Shown piece after piece: positions 28,156 to 38,161 of a stretch of 64,000 nt of DNA (positions are counted from its first letter, which is position 1; the number at the start of each line of letters is the position of its first letter). The notes under the pieces are model-generated. The model did not search any database and was not told where the DNA came from. It saw nothing but the letters and a program-made list of their open reading frames with translations. Source of the stretch: Minisyncoccota bacterium (GTDB lineage Bacteria > Patescibacteriota > Minisyncoccia > Phycocordibacterales > GCA-2401445); assembly GCA_040879725.1 (NCBI GenBank), contig JBBDJV010000020.1, positions 9,086 through 73,085 of the forward strand. The letters are read 5' to 3'. The translations under genes and the position numbers were made by a program.

Positions 28156-29535
28156 TTATAATCTCTCAACAAACAGTTGTGCTAATCGCTTTCCCGCATT
28201 TCCATCAAACGGCTCGATAAAACGCTCCACTATTTTCTTTCTCCCTTCAGCGTGTAGTTCTGGAGTTTCCATATACGCGCATACCGCCTTTCCTAATTCT
28301 TCCTGTGCATACGCTACCACCACCCCTTCTTGTTGTACCAGTTCCTCAAAGTGCGTGTATAAATCATAAAACCTCCTTACTGACTCCCAGTAGTTTACTT
28401 GTTCATAAGGAGTACTACCATCAAACGCAATACATACTATCGGACGATTAAGCACCGCTCCGTCTATGGCGATAGTGGAAGCACCTGTCAGCACTACATC
28501 ACTATAGTACAAAATGGAAACCAAATCTTCATTCTGATTCTTCTTTGATTGAGCTTCTTGTGTATTTACATACTTGCCTTTAGTATCCATGACAACGTGC
28601 TGAAGTCCGTCTGCAACATCGTCATTAATCATGAACTTCGGATGTGCACGATAAAGCACCTGGACATCTGGACCAAAGTCGCCTCGTGATACCATTCCTT
28701 CAAAGACTTCTGGGAGTTCAGCCTCGTGCATAAAAAGAAACGTACCCATTGCACCATACGAAAGTATTTTCTTTGCTGAATCTAGGCCTTTTCGTTTACA
28801 AAACTCATCTCGTGACTCCTGTGGTTTAGTAAATCCAAATAGTGCATCGTAGTGTGGTACGCCAAATAGTTCAATAGGTACTGACTCAGGAATAACTTGT
28901 ACTCCCCGCGCCATTTCCTTTAAAAAGGAGTTCTGGAGGAATAGTTTGTCAGGAAGGACGCGAAGCAATCCATGACTTGAGAGGTTGTCCCAGCTACGCA
29001 CACATCCGTATATTGGTATCTTTTTCTGCTTACACGTCTTTGCTATCGGCACATCAAATTCAAAATTAGTAAGTGATAAAGAAAGCAATGCGTCCGGTTT
29101 GTACTTATCAATCAACAGTAAAGCGTTTGTGTCGGAAGAGGTCTTTAGAATACTTTTTCGCAGAAGGTTCTTGTACCACCCAAACTGAGCAAGGGTTTTA
29201 GTATGAACTCTCTTGATATACGTATCGAAAAAACTTGAATCTCCGCGTTTGTATGAACGCATTTTAGACCACAAGTTTGTATGAGTATCCAGTCCACTCC
29301 GCGCAAGAGACATAAGCAGAGACTCAATTTTGGTCGCTCTGGAACGAGTAAAACCTTCCACAGATACATGTGAATATTCTTTATACTTTTCTTGGAAAAA
29401 AGAAACCTTATCGGGCTGAACCAAAAGCACTACTCTGTCATTAACAGTGGCACCGAAGAAAACAGATGCGAAGTCCGTATCAAGTATATTTCGCGCAACA
29501 ATATCTTCCCCGATGGTAACGAAAAAAGTGCTCAT
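28156..29535 (-). CDS. GT-B fold protein, distant TagF-like transferase
   Basis: SWDNLS, GVPHYD, RAHP, ASTIAIDG...RP, DGNAG.R. Confidence 0.6.
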   Translation of the reverse strand: MSTFFVTIGEDIVARNILDTDFASVFFGATVNDRVVLLVQPDKVSFFQEKYKEYSHVSVEGFTRSRATKIESLLMSLARSGLDTHTNLWSKMRSYKRGDSSFFDTYIKRVHTKTLAQFGWYKNLLRKSILKTSSDTNALLLIDKYKPDALLSLSLTNFEFDVPIAKTCKQKKIPIYGCVRSWDNLSSHGLLRVLPDKLFLQNSFLKEMARGVQVIPESVPIELFGVPHYDALFGFTKPQESRDEFCKRKGLDSAKKILSYGAMGTFLFMHEAELPEVFEGMVSRGDFGPDVQVLYRAHPKFMINDDVADGLQHVVMDTKGKYVNTQEAQSKKNQNEDLVSILYYSDVVLTGASTIAIDGAVLNRPIVCIAFDGSTPYEQVNYWESVRRFYDLYTHFEELVQQEGVVVAYAQEELGKAVCAYMETPELHAEGRKKIVERFIEPFDGNAGKRLAQLFVERL

Positions 29536-30281
29536 TATTTATCCAATGGTTTTTCTACAACACCCAATATAGATACACCAAACGGAATGGAAACTATTCT
29601 CACAATATACTTCTCAAATGCAATCATGTTTCGCAAAATTACATTTAGCCACCCTGGTATTGGTACGAAGTCGTCTTTCTGTGTCTTAGTAAGACGTTTT
29701 AATTTTCTAAATATAAAGAGTGGAAAGAGAAATAGTGGTTCTATGTAGGTAATTTGTTTTGTAGTAAAACCAGCTTTCTCTAGTTTCCTTTTTATTTCTG
29801 TTTTTGTATAGCGTCGATAGTGGCCATACTGGTCATCGTGATGTCCCCACATGAACATATACGCAGGCAAGCTAAATACCAACTGCCCTCCTGGTTTTAG
29901 CACTCGATACGCCTCCTGTATAGACACAGCGTCATCCGGAGTGTGCTCAATAATATCAAGTACAATTATCGTATCAAACGTATTGTCAGGAAATGGAATA
30001 TTCTCAATTCCCGAAAGCTGTAGTGTGTTGTACCCCTTTCCTTTGGCAAGAGTCATTGCTTCGGGAGAAAAATCTATACCGTCTACCGTACCATACGGTT
30101 TAAGCAAATCTATCAAGTTACCCGGGCCACACCCCGCATCAAGAATTCTGCGTTCACCCTTTTTTGTTTTCATGTGAGCGCCATGTCGACGCATCAGGTC
30201 TATCACGATTGCATACTTGCCTCCGAGCCACCAATAGTCTGCTCCAAGCTCACCATAGTGCTCCTGCTCTTGTTTAAACAT
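29535..30281 (-). CDS. Class I SAM-dependent methyltransferase
   Basis: ILDAGCGPG, PFPDNTFD, RVLKPGG, HYRRY. Confidence 0.9.
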   Translation of the reverse strand: MFKQEQEHYGELGADYWWLGGKYAIVIDLMRRHGAHMKTKKGERRILDAGCGPGNLIDLLKPYGTVDGIDFSPEAMTLAKGKGYNTLQLSGIENIPFPDNTFDTIIVLDIIEHTPDDAVSIQEAYRVLKPGGQLVFSLPAYMFMWGHHDDQYGHYRRYTKTEIKRKLEKAGFTTKQITYIEPLFLFPLFIFRKLKRLTKTQKDDFVPIPGWLNVILRNMIAFEKYIVRIVSIPFGVSILGVVEKPLDK

Positions 30282-30283
30282 AA

Positions 30284-31216
30284 TTAAAATCCTTTCTTTT
30301 TACTAATAATATACGTGGGGCGTTGTTTCGTTTCGTCATAAATACGTCGTATATACTCCCCCACAACCCCCAAAGCAAGCAGTTGCGCACCTCCAAGACA
30401 GAGAACAAATATCGCAATTGATGCAAAACCGGGTATATCTTTTTCACCGAACAACTTGAAGTATAGCACAACAAATATACCAATGAATGCGACAACTGAA
30501 AAAAGAAAGCCTAGCATTGTTACAAGTAGTAACGGCATATACGAAAATGAGAATATTCCATCGTAGGCAAGCTTGAAGAGTTTCCAGTATGAATACTTAC
30601 TCTGCCCAGCAAACCTCTCTTGCCGTTCATACCGAATACCTGTTTGTTTAAAACCGGACCATGCACGCAACCCTCGCACATATCGGTTTCTCTCAGGAAG
30701 ACCTCGCAATACATCCGCAACATTTCTACCAATAAGCGCAAAATCCCCAGCATCATGTGGAAGTGATACCTCTGGAGTCATTCGAGTTATAAGTCTATAA
30801 AAGAGATAATAACTCAAACGTTTTATGATTGATTCTTTACGAGTGCCTCGCACCGCATACACAACATCAAAACCTTCTTCATATTTTTTTATAAAATCTG
30901 GAATTAATTCAGGTGGGTCTTGCAAGTCTGCATCCATCACCAAAACAGCATCGCCGGTAGCATGGTCTATGCCAGCAGTAACAGCGGACTGGTGACCAAA
31001 ATTTCTTGAAAAGTGAACCGCCCTTAAAGAAGAATTTTTCTCCAGAGCACGATCAAGAAGTTCTGCTGTTTTATCGGTTGAACCGTCATTAATAAAAATA
31101 ACCTCATACTGATACTTTACCCCAGATAGTACTGTAGTAAGGCGCTCCAAAAGCTCACCGAAAGTTTCTTCTTCATTATAAAGCGGTACGACGACGGATA
31201 TAGTAGGCATATACAT
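30284..31216 (-). CDS. GT2 polyprenol-phosphate glycosyltransferase (GtrB/ArnC-like)
   Basis: VVPLYNEE, DGSTD, SRNFGHQ, MDADLQDPP, two C-terminal TMs. Confidence 0.92.
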   Translation of the reverse strand: MYMPTISVVVPLYNEEETFGELLERLTTVLSGVKYQYEVIFINDGSTDKTAELLDRALEKNSSLRAVHFSRNFGHQSAVTAGIDHATGDAVLVMDADLQDPPELIPDFIKKYEEGFDVVYAVRGTRKESIIKRLSYYLFYRLITRMTPEVSLPHDAGDFALIGRNVADVLRGLPERNRYVRGLRAWSGFKQTGIRYERQERFAGQSKYSYWKLFKLAYDGIFSFSYMPLLLVTMLGFLFSVVAFIGIFVVLYFKLFGEKDIPGFASIAIFVLCLGGAQLLALGVVGEYIRRIYDETKQRPTYIISKKKGF

Positions 31217-32585
31217 AAGAGAGCATAGCAGAGAAATAAAGGAACAACAATGGATTAAGCGTGTAGCGGTGCCGCGCTTCTACTCCCATAGTGGTCTGAA
31301 GTAGAGTCGCACAAAAATAAAGAGTCACGATGCATGCCATAAAAGTAAACTCGTGTTTTCTAAATAACCACATGCCGATAAACGCGCCAACAGAAATTAA
31401 CACCCAGAATATCTTTCCGAACAAAGCAAGTCCGACATAAGGGGTAAATACGTGCTTTCCCAAGGTTTTAAGAACCGCAACAGGACCTTCATTTGAGAGA
31501 ATAAGTGAGAATGAGAGACCTCTCTGTGGTGCGTCAATAAGCCCGTGATGCTTTAATATTTGATGGTAATTACCGGAGAAGAAAAATGTATTGAGTCCTA
31601 TTAGGTACGCAGTAGTATAGGGAACAGGGTTATTAAGTATTACTTCTTTTGATACTGTATTGTAATATTCATTGTTCTTCATACTCCGGCGGTCGTTTTT
31701 GTCAGGCAATCCTCCCTCGTAACGAGTACGAAGCTCTTCAAGTGACTCATCGTATCCTATTCCCTTCGCAACTGCGTTTGTAAATGTCGCGCCATAGGTA
31801 AAGAAATTATACGCCCCGGCAGAGACAAAATCTGCAACACCAAAAACATTTAAGTTTCGTGCTTGCCAGGGCATCATAGCAAACATCATAACCACCACAA
31901 CAAACAAAAGTGCGCCGGTACGGATCCAGACTATTTTCCCCCTCCAATAATCGCGAAGCGTGTACGCCACCAACAAAAGCACACCGAGATAAAGAGCAAC
32001 GGGGCGAATATACAAACTGATTCCGAGTAACACTGCACCTATTCCTAAGTGCATCCAGTGTGTCTTTTCCAGAAATGAGAAAATATAGAGTAACCCTACA
32101 AGAAGTAGTACTGTGGTTAAAATATCAGGGAGCAATACAACACTGTAATACGCCTGCATTGGTTCAAGTACAGTAAGAAGTCCCGCAAAGGTGCTTGTCA
32201 GTACTCCAAAGTGAAGGTATTTACGTGCCAAGAAAAACACAAGCACGCCCACAAGTGTCGAGAGTAGTATTTGTGGAATAGACGCAACCCACAGAGGAAT
32301 GCCAAAATACACAAACGGCATTAGGTATGCAGGATATCCAGGAGGTCGGTATGCATTAGGAAGTCCATCAAACTTATCGTAGATATACCCATCACCCTCA
32401 ACTACATTTTGAGCTAAATTTAAATATTGTGCAGTGTCACCCCAGATAAGAGTATTAGTTCCTCCATATACCAAAAGAGATACCAACAATATTAGGCGAA
32501 TCCCTATTCCTAAACCAAGAATAATTAAAATTGCCTTTTTATTTTCTGTATAAAATTCTTTAATCGAGCTAACAATTTTTTTCAT
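31176..32585 (-). CDS. GT-C membrane glycosyltransferase (ArnT/PMT-like)
   Basis: D..QY..LAQN, RPPGYPAY, multiple TMs, PWQARN, EARHR. Confidence 0.75.
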   Translation of the reverse strand: MKKIVSSIKEFYTENKKAILIILGLGIGIRLILLVSLLVYGGTNTLIWGDTAQYLNLAQNVVEGDGYIYDKFDGLPNAYRPPGYPAYLMPFVYFGIPLWVASIPQILLSTLVGVLVFFLARKYLHFGVLTSTFAGLLTVLEPMQAYYSVVLLPDILTTVLLLVGLLYIFSFLEKTHWMHLGIGAVLLGISLYIRPVALYLGVLLLVAYTLRDYWRGKIVWIRTGALLFVVVVMMFAMMPWQARNLNVFGVADFVSAGAYNFFTYGATFTNAVAKGIGYDESLEELRTRYEGGLPDKNDRRSMKNNEYYNTVSKEVILNNPVPYTTAYLIGLNTFFFSGNYHQILKHHGLIDAPQRGLSFSLILSNEGPVAVLKTLGKHVFTPYVGLALFGKIFWVLISVGAFIGMWLFRKHEFTFMACIVTLYFCATLLQTTMGVEARHRYTLNPLLFLYFSAMLSYVYAYYIRRRTAL

Positions 32586-32603
32586 ACCAAAGGATTTTTT
32601 GTT

Positions 32604-33302
32604 CTATCTTTTTCTCAATATAAACAGAACAGATCTTCCGAAGAATTTATTATTTGGTAAAAATCGATGCAAAAAAGAAAATTTTCCATATCCTAATTCA
32701 GGATCCATAAACCTGAGACCTTCTACCGAAAAATATTTCTTAATGGCATTTCTCATTAGTGCGTTATGTAAAAAAGTAATGTGATCATTACCTTCTAAAA
32801 AACGATAATATTCACCGTTTTTGAAAAAAGAAAATTTATTATATATATGATAAGGATTAGGAGTAGTAAATATCATTACCCCATCTTGCTTGAGAACTCT
32901 ATGACACTCTCTGAAAAAATGAAAAATATTTTCAAGATGCTCTATCACCTCCACAGAAGTAATTGCGTCTACTGAAGCATCTGGAAATGGAAACATATCC
33001 TTACTAAAATCAAACTCACTAAAACCCTCTTTTGGTTCTCCAACAGAGAGATATCGACTGATATCAGCCCCCATTGTATGGTTAAATCCAAGTGAATGTA
33101 GTAAATTAAAAATCTTTCCATTTGCTGAACCAAGGTCAAGAATATTCCTATCAGAAGAGAAAAAGGTTTTAAGAGTATCGCTAAACACGCTATGTTCTAG
33201 TATTTTAGTTGATGTACTTTTATACTTCTCAAAAATCTCCTGAGAGTGATCTTTCATTTCAGAAGGCGAAAAATACGGTATTGCTTTACTTTTTTTCTCC
33301 AT
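32604..33302 (-). CDS. Class I SAM-dependent methyltransferase
   Basis: ILDLGSANG, FPFPDASVD, EVIEHL, RVLK..G..TTPN; AT-rich. Confidence 0.88.
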   Translation of the reverse strand: MEKKSKAIPYFSPSEMKDHSQEIFEKYKSTSTKILEHSVFSDTLKTFFSSDRNILDLGSANGKIFNLLHSLGFNHTMGADISRYLSVGEPKEGFSEFDFSKDMFPFPDASVDAITSVEVIEHLENIFHFFRECHRVLKQDGVMIFTTPNPYHIYNKFSFFKNGEYYRFLEGNDHITFLHNALMRNAIKKYFSVEGLRFMDPELGYGKFSFLHRFLPNNKFFGRSVLFILRKR

Positions 33303-33319
33303 ATGATTTAGGTTATGTC

Positions 33320-34678
33320 TTACTTATTCAAATAACCAATCAATTTTATCTTAATTCTATCGAGAATGACAGCATCCTCAGTGTCAAATTCAAAAAACCT
33401 TCTTATTCTTATTGAAAAACCAGGAAGTACCCTTTTCAACGCTCGATATCTCTCAAAAACAAATATCATTGTAGTAAGGAAAAATTCATACGCAACTCCC
33501 ATAATTCCAAAATAAAATAGTGAAACTGGAAGAAGTAGCAAAATCATGACAGTCTTAACAGAAATAGCCCAAAAGAGGCTTTTTTGAGCTTGTAGCGCGG
33601 CAAACATAGGAGTAAACACTGTGGCAAAGCCGAGAGATATAACCACAGGTAACATTGCTCTAAAAAGCGGAAGAGACTCCAGATAATTTGGAAACATCCA
33701 CGCTACAATAGGAACAAAGATAAAATACGCGACAATCGCCGTACAAACAAATGCGAATACTTGGTACTTAATTGCTTTCGTAGCAATACGAGCAAATCGT
33801 TCTTTGTCGTTTACATGTTGCGGTAAAATAGGACCTAACACCGAAGAAAGATTTACAAGAGACACAGTGTGCTGAAGTAAGCCGTTTGCAACAGCAAATA
33901 TCCCCACTGCCTCAGTACCAAGCATAACTTTTATAATCCATAGACGAATATTTTGCCCGAGACTATTGAAGTATGTTGCAAAAATACCCCACTTACCGTG
34001 ATCATAGAAAAGTGACCATGGAGCTTTTTTATTAACGAGTGTTACTGACCTAAAATAGCGCGTACATTTGAGCAGTGACAGTGCCATCGGTATCATTACC
34101 AAAAACTGTGACAATACCACTGACCAAATAACCGCAGAAACACGCAGTCCTACGAGATACAGTAATACCCATATTACAACCAACTTAAATATTTCTTCGA
34201 GCACTGAATACAGGGACCTATGAAAAAACTTTAGTTCAACACTGAACGCCACCATAAACAAACTACGAAACGGAGAAATAAGAAATGCAAAAGAAACTAT
34301 TTTAAAAAGCCCTCCAGCGTGCTCACTGAAATAATGCGCAATAATATCTGAGCCAAAAAACACAATCGCCCACGCTACAAAACCGAGTGAAATCTGAAGC
34401 AAAAAGAAATTAACAAACAGCTCTTTCATTGCTCGCAAATCCCTTTTTGCTTTCGCTATGCCCATGTCAGCTATAACAATCGGGCTTAAACCTGGGATTG
34501 AGAAGATACTCATTATACCCAAAATAGAAAGTACCAACTCCGCCAAACCATACTCATAGACATTGAGCTTGCGAAGCATGATAAAAATGGTTGCGAGTCC
34601 CACAACTTTTAATACAAGCGTACTCCCGCTAGTCCACGCCGTACCAACTCCTATTGTTCTTTTTAATGTTTCCGCCAC
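33320..34678 (-). CDS. Wzx-type polysaccharide flippase
   Basis: About 12 TM MOP pattern; L...EYGL, LGTEAVGIFAVA. Confidence 0.82.
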   Translation of the reverse strand: MAETLKRTIGVGTAWTSGSTLVLKVVGLATIFIMLRKLNVYEYGLAELVLSILGIMSIFSIPGLSPIVIADMGIAKAKRDLRAMKELFVNFFLLQISLGFVAWAIVFFGSDIIAHYFSEHAGGLFKIVSFAFLISPFRSLFMVAFSVELKFFHRSLYSVLEEIFKLVVIWVLLYLVGLRVSAVIWSVVLSQFLVMIPMALSLLKCTRYFRSVTLVNKKAPWSLFYDHGKWGIFATYFNSLGQNIRLWIIKVMLGTEAVGIFAVANGLLQHTVSLVNLSSVLGPILPQHVNDKERFARIATKAIKYQVFAFVCTAIVAYFIFVPIVAWMFPNYLESLPLFRAMLPVVISLGFATVFTPMFAALQAQKSLFWAISVKTVMILLLLPVSLFYFGIMGVAYEFFLTTMIFVFERYRALKRVLPGFSIRIRRFFEFDTEDAVILDRIKIKLIGYLNK

Positions 34679-34713
34679 GCTGTTGAGTATATACTATGCT
34701 AATGAAAAAAATA

Positions 34714-35544
34714 CTAGAATTCACTATTCTTAGCATGAATCATGAAATGACTGATCTTTGGTACGGAAGAATAGTATACACTCGAGTCGTTAGTATACAT
34801 ACTGAATCTAAATTTACTTTTTTCAAATATAGATACTATGGAAGATAAATTATTCTTTAGGTTTTTTTCATTATAATGATACTCAAATATAATAGTATTA
34901 ATTGAACCAATCTTTTTTGTTGAGTACAGATGTTCAATAACCACCCCTTCTGACCCTTCAATATCTATCTTCAGTACAGAAACTCTCCGAGTGATAAATG
35001 TGTCTAATGTAACTACAGGAACGGTAACTTCTCTATAATTCGCCATATGTTTTGATTCATATACCTCCCTTTCTCCAGTAGAACCTCCGGGGTAGAGTGT
35101 GTTCTCCCAAAATTTCATCACTCCTTCTCTACTCCCAACAGCAGACTCGACAATTCTTACTCCTGTAAGAGTATTATCAGAGACGTTCTTCTTAAGGTAA
35201 GATACATTCATTGGAGAAGGCTCGAACACAACAACCTCTGCATTAGGATAGAAATACTTCCAATATAAGACAGTAACCCCAACATTTCCTCCGCAATCAA
35301 TGATGAAAGGGGTTTTTTCATCAAGAGAAACCATATAGTCCTCGTAAATGAATACTTCCCTTATTATTGTTATAACGTTATTAATTGATGGTGCAGAGAT
35401 AACAAAACCAAGAAATGAAATTTCCTTTCTGCCCCAACGAGCCTGTATCTTTATCCATAGGTAAGAAAATAGTAATCTTATTCTATATGAAAGAGGATGA
35501 CGTTGGCCTATTATACGAATACTATCATCGAGAAATCTTAACAT
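34714..35544 (-). CDS. FkbM family methyltransferase
   Basis: IIDCGGNVG, FEPSP, TLD, LKIDIEGSE, EYH. Confidence 0.9.
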   Translation of the reverse strand: MLRFLDDSIRIIGQRHPLSYRIRLLFSYLWIKIQARWGRKEISFLGFVISAPSINNVITIIREVFIYEDYMVSLDEKTPFIIDCGGNVGVTVLYWKYFYPNAEVVVFEPSPMNVSYLKKNVSDNTLTGVRIVESAVGSREGVMKFWENTLYPGGSTGEREVYESKHMANYREVTVPVVTLDTFITRRVSVLKIDIEGSEGVVIEHLYSTKKIGSINTIIFEYHYNEKNLKNNLSSIVSIFEKSKFRFSMYTNDSSVYYSSVPKISHFMIHAKNSEF

Positions 35545-35652
35545 TTGCCGTAAATAACAATTTCTTGCAGTAATGTGCAAGAATCACTGAAACTATAAAC
35601 ATCAACATTATATCCCTTTGTTTACTATAAGTAAAAGCACCCTCATACTTAA

Positions 35653-36798
35653 TCAGGCAAACAAAAAAGAAAGTACTTTCTTCGCTCTTTCCTCCCAATC
35701 AAACTGCAAGGAGTGCTGTAATGCATTACGCGCCCTTATTTCCGCCTCCTCTCTATGAGAAAGTACGTAGGTAATTACATTCCTAAATGAATCCGGGTCA
35801 TCTGGGTGAGCAAAAAACACATCCTCTTCAGTTACTACCTCTTCGATAGAAGGAATGCGTGAAGCTATAACCGGCGTTCCACTTGCTATATATTCAAACA
35901 ACTTCATAGGAGAAGTATAGTGGGTGGAAATCTTTTCTTTCGCGGTATTTGGTAATACCAGAACATCACAAGCTTTCTGCCAAAGTGGCATACTATCGTG
36001 AGGTTGATGCCCTACAAAATGAATATTTTTGTATGAGGAAAAATTACTCTGATATTCCGACACATCCTCAGGGGTTCCTCCTACAAAATATCCGAGTACT
36101 GACGGTGTGGCAGTCAGAGCTTGTGCAAGAGTAGCTACTCCCTTCCATGAATACAAATGTCCTGTGTAGCACACAATGTTAGTATCGAGCGGAAGATTAA
36201 GTTTCTTTCGTGCTTCAGTGCGAGAAAGTACCGTGGTGTATTTCTCCCTATGAACACCATTTCGAACAAGGTGAACATGTTCTCTCTTAACACCAAATTT
36301 ATTTACAAGCTCATCTCGTTTCCATTCAGTGATAATGAGTACATGACGCACACGCAACAATACTTGCGTATAAAACCATTTTTTATTTTCTGGAAAATCG
36401 TGCACTTGGTACAACGTATTTTCTCTAAAGAAAGTCGCAAGTAGTATTGGTAGTGATTCGTTGGAGTAGATAACATCATTCTCTTTCGATTCCTTAAGAA
36501 GATAAAGTAGTGTAAAAAAACTAAACACCACAAAACTAATATGAAATGCAATTTTTTTCATGAACGGAACCTTGAACACATCAAGAGTTGGAAGGTACAC
36601 CACCTTAAAATTTTGAGGAACGGCGTAGTACTCTGTAATACTCTTTTCAGAACGACCTAGCCTACGAGGCGCAATGAGTACTACATCGCATCCGTGTTTT
36701 GCAAATGAGTGAGCTTCCTCCACAGCAAACAATGAACCCGCCTTCTCTGAAGGTAGTCTACCGTGAAATATCATGAATATACGTTTTTTATTCACCAT
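35653..36798 (-). CDS. GT4 glycosyltransferase
   Basis: YTGHLYSWKGV, SPMKLFEYIASG.PVI; start MVNKK overlaps the upstream GT2. Confidence 0.9.
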   Translation of the reverse strand: MVNKKRIFMIFHGRLPSEKAGSLFAVEEAHSFAKHGCDVVLIAPRRLGRSEKSITEYYAVPQNFKVVYLPTLDVFKVPFMKKIAFHISFVVFSFFTLLYLLKESKENDVIYSNESLPILLATFFRENTLYQVHDFPENKKWFYTQVLLRVRHVLIITEWKRDELVNKFGVKREHVHLVRNGVHREKYTTVLSRTEARKKLNLPLDTNIVCYTGHLYSWKGVATLAQALTATPSVLGYFVGGTPEDVSEYQSNFSSYKNIHFVGHQPHDSMPLWQKACDVLVLPNTAKEKISTHYTSPMKLFEYIASGTPVIASRIPSIEEVVTEEDVFFAHPDDPDSFRNVITYVLSHREEAEIRARNALQHSLQFDWEERAKKVLSFLFA

Positions 36799-37603
36799 CA
36801 ATAAGCAGTCTACCGTATCGTTTGCTTGTATGCCAGATAAGAACACAAGGAACATACAAACGGAACAATTCGTACTTAAGGGGAACATGAAATGCAAAAG
36901 GGTGAAATATGCGAGCAAGTAGAGGTTTAAGGATTCCTTTTACTATACGGACCACATTACCCACTATCACTCGATAGAAAAAGAGAAAAGGATTCCGCGA
37001 GCTCCATTTGCGGGCGAGTATTGGAAAACGAGCCTGTACCTTTCCTTTGTACACATGCCATGACAATTGTGAATCAAGTGGAACAAGCCACGGTGCATGA
37101 ATAATTCCAACTCTGTCTTTAGGTACTTCAAAGGATAACTTCTCATGCATCGGCTTTATAAAACGTGCACCTGTTTTCTTAATATTACAAAGTCTCACCT
37201 GATATACCGGTTTTAATTGGTAATACTCTCGCAGAGTTTCAGGATGCACTAGTGCATACCGTACACGGTATGCATCACAATGTTGCTGTGTCACCGCTGT
37301 TCGTGTTTCTTGCACTAATTCAGGCGTTGCCACCTCATCTGAATCTATGTAGAAAAACCAATCTTCATGTGCTGAATCAAGTAATATATTTCGTTCACGA
37401 GAAAAATTACTGATTGGATGCCCTGGGTTGCTCTGTGTTAGCACGCGCGCGCCGTAGGCGCGCGCTATAGCAAGTGTCCCATCACTACTCCCACCGTCCG
37501 CCACAACAATGTCGCTAAACTCTTTGACACTTTCAAGACACCGCGCAAGCGTTTGTTCTGAATTGTACGTCAATATTCCTATAGTACAGGGTATTTTTTC
37601 CAT
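36788..37603 (-). CDS. GT2 glycosyltransferase (beta-1,4-glucosyltransferase-like)
   Basis: ILTYNSE, DGGSSDGT, RN...DW.FYIDSDE, HE. Confidence 0.88.
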   Translation of the reverse strand: MEKIPCTIGILTYNSEQTLARCLESVKEFSDIVVADGGSSDGTLAIARAYGARVLTQSNPGHPISNFSRERNILLDSAHEDWFFYIDSDEVATPELVQETRTAVTQQHCDAYRVRYALVHPETLREYYQLKPVYQVRLCNIKKTGARFIKPMHEKLSFEVPKDRVGIIHAPWLVPLDSQLSWHVYKGKVQARFPILARKWSSRNPFLFFYRVIVGNVVRIVKGILKPLLARIFHPFAFHVPLKYELFRLYVPCVLIWHTSKRYGRLLIDGE

Positions 37604-37604
37604 A

Positions 37605-38159
37605 TTATTTCTGTGCGAATTGCTTCCAATTTTTCACATATGTAAGTGCTGACTGGTACCCAAGTGCTAAGTGTGGATTATCACGCACATAATAATGCTT
37701 AAATAGCCCCTTATTATATAGTGATTGGACAGTAAACTTTGGATCATTCACTGCAACTATTATTTTTTTAGGTTTAAGTTCCTTTCTCAAATCTAGAATT
37801 CCATGAGAAAAATATGGACTATAAACAAGTGCCACATCGCCTCTTTTCCAATCCTCTACAATACCCTTCTTTATCAATTTAATAATTCCACTTGTATCAA
37901 TAGGCAAGTTGTAAAAACAAACATAGCGGTAAAATGATTCAGCTTCAAAGAAACGTTCAGTTACGCCAGTAGCATTCTGATGTGCATCAAAAATATCACA
38001 AAGCCACATAGTGCCTGAACGAGCAACAAGAGTACCTAGAATGAGCGTTTTGCCGTTCTGCAATCCTCTTTCATACTCATCATCAACCCTATCTAATTCA
38101 TCAGCGGTATACTTATGGCGCGAATCCCACGATAAGCAAAGTTTTCCAATTTTTCTCAT
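37605..38159 (-). pseudogene. Truncated sulfotransferase-like ORF fused in frame to a deacetylase-type tail
   Basis: ARSGTMWL resembles the PAPS-binding 5'-PSB loop; only 184 aa; ends SALTYVK..., the same DNA as the deacetylase 3' end. Confidence 0.5.
37630..37652. repeat. 23-bp direct repeat, left copy
   Basis: TTTTTCACATATGTAAGTGCTGA, identical to 41900-41922. Confidence 0.95.
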
Positions 38160-38161
38160 AT

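Noticed and set aside
37445-37465. GC palindrome GCGCGCGCC-gta-GGCGCGCGC
   Set aside because: Single copy inside the GT2 coding sequence (ARAYGAR); explainable by codon content
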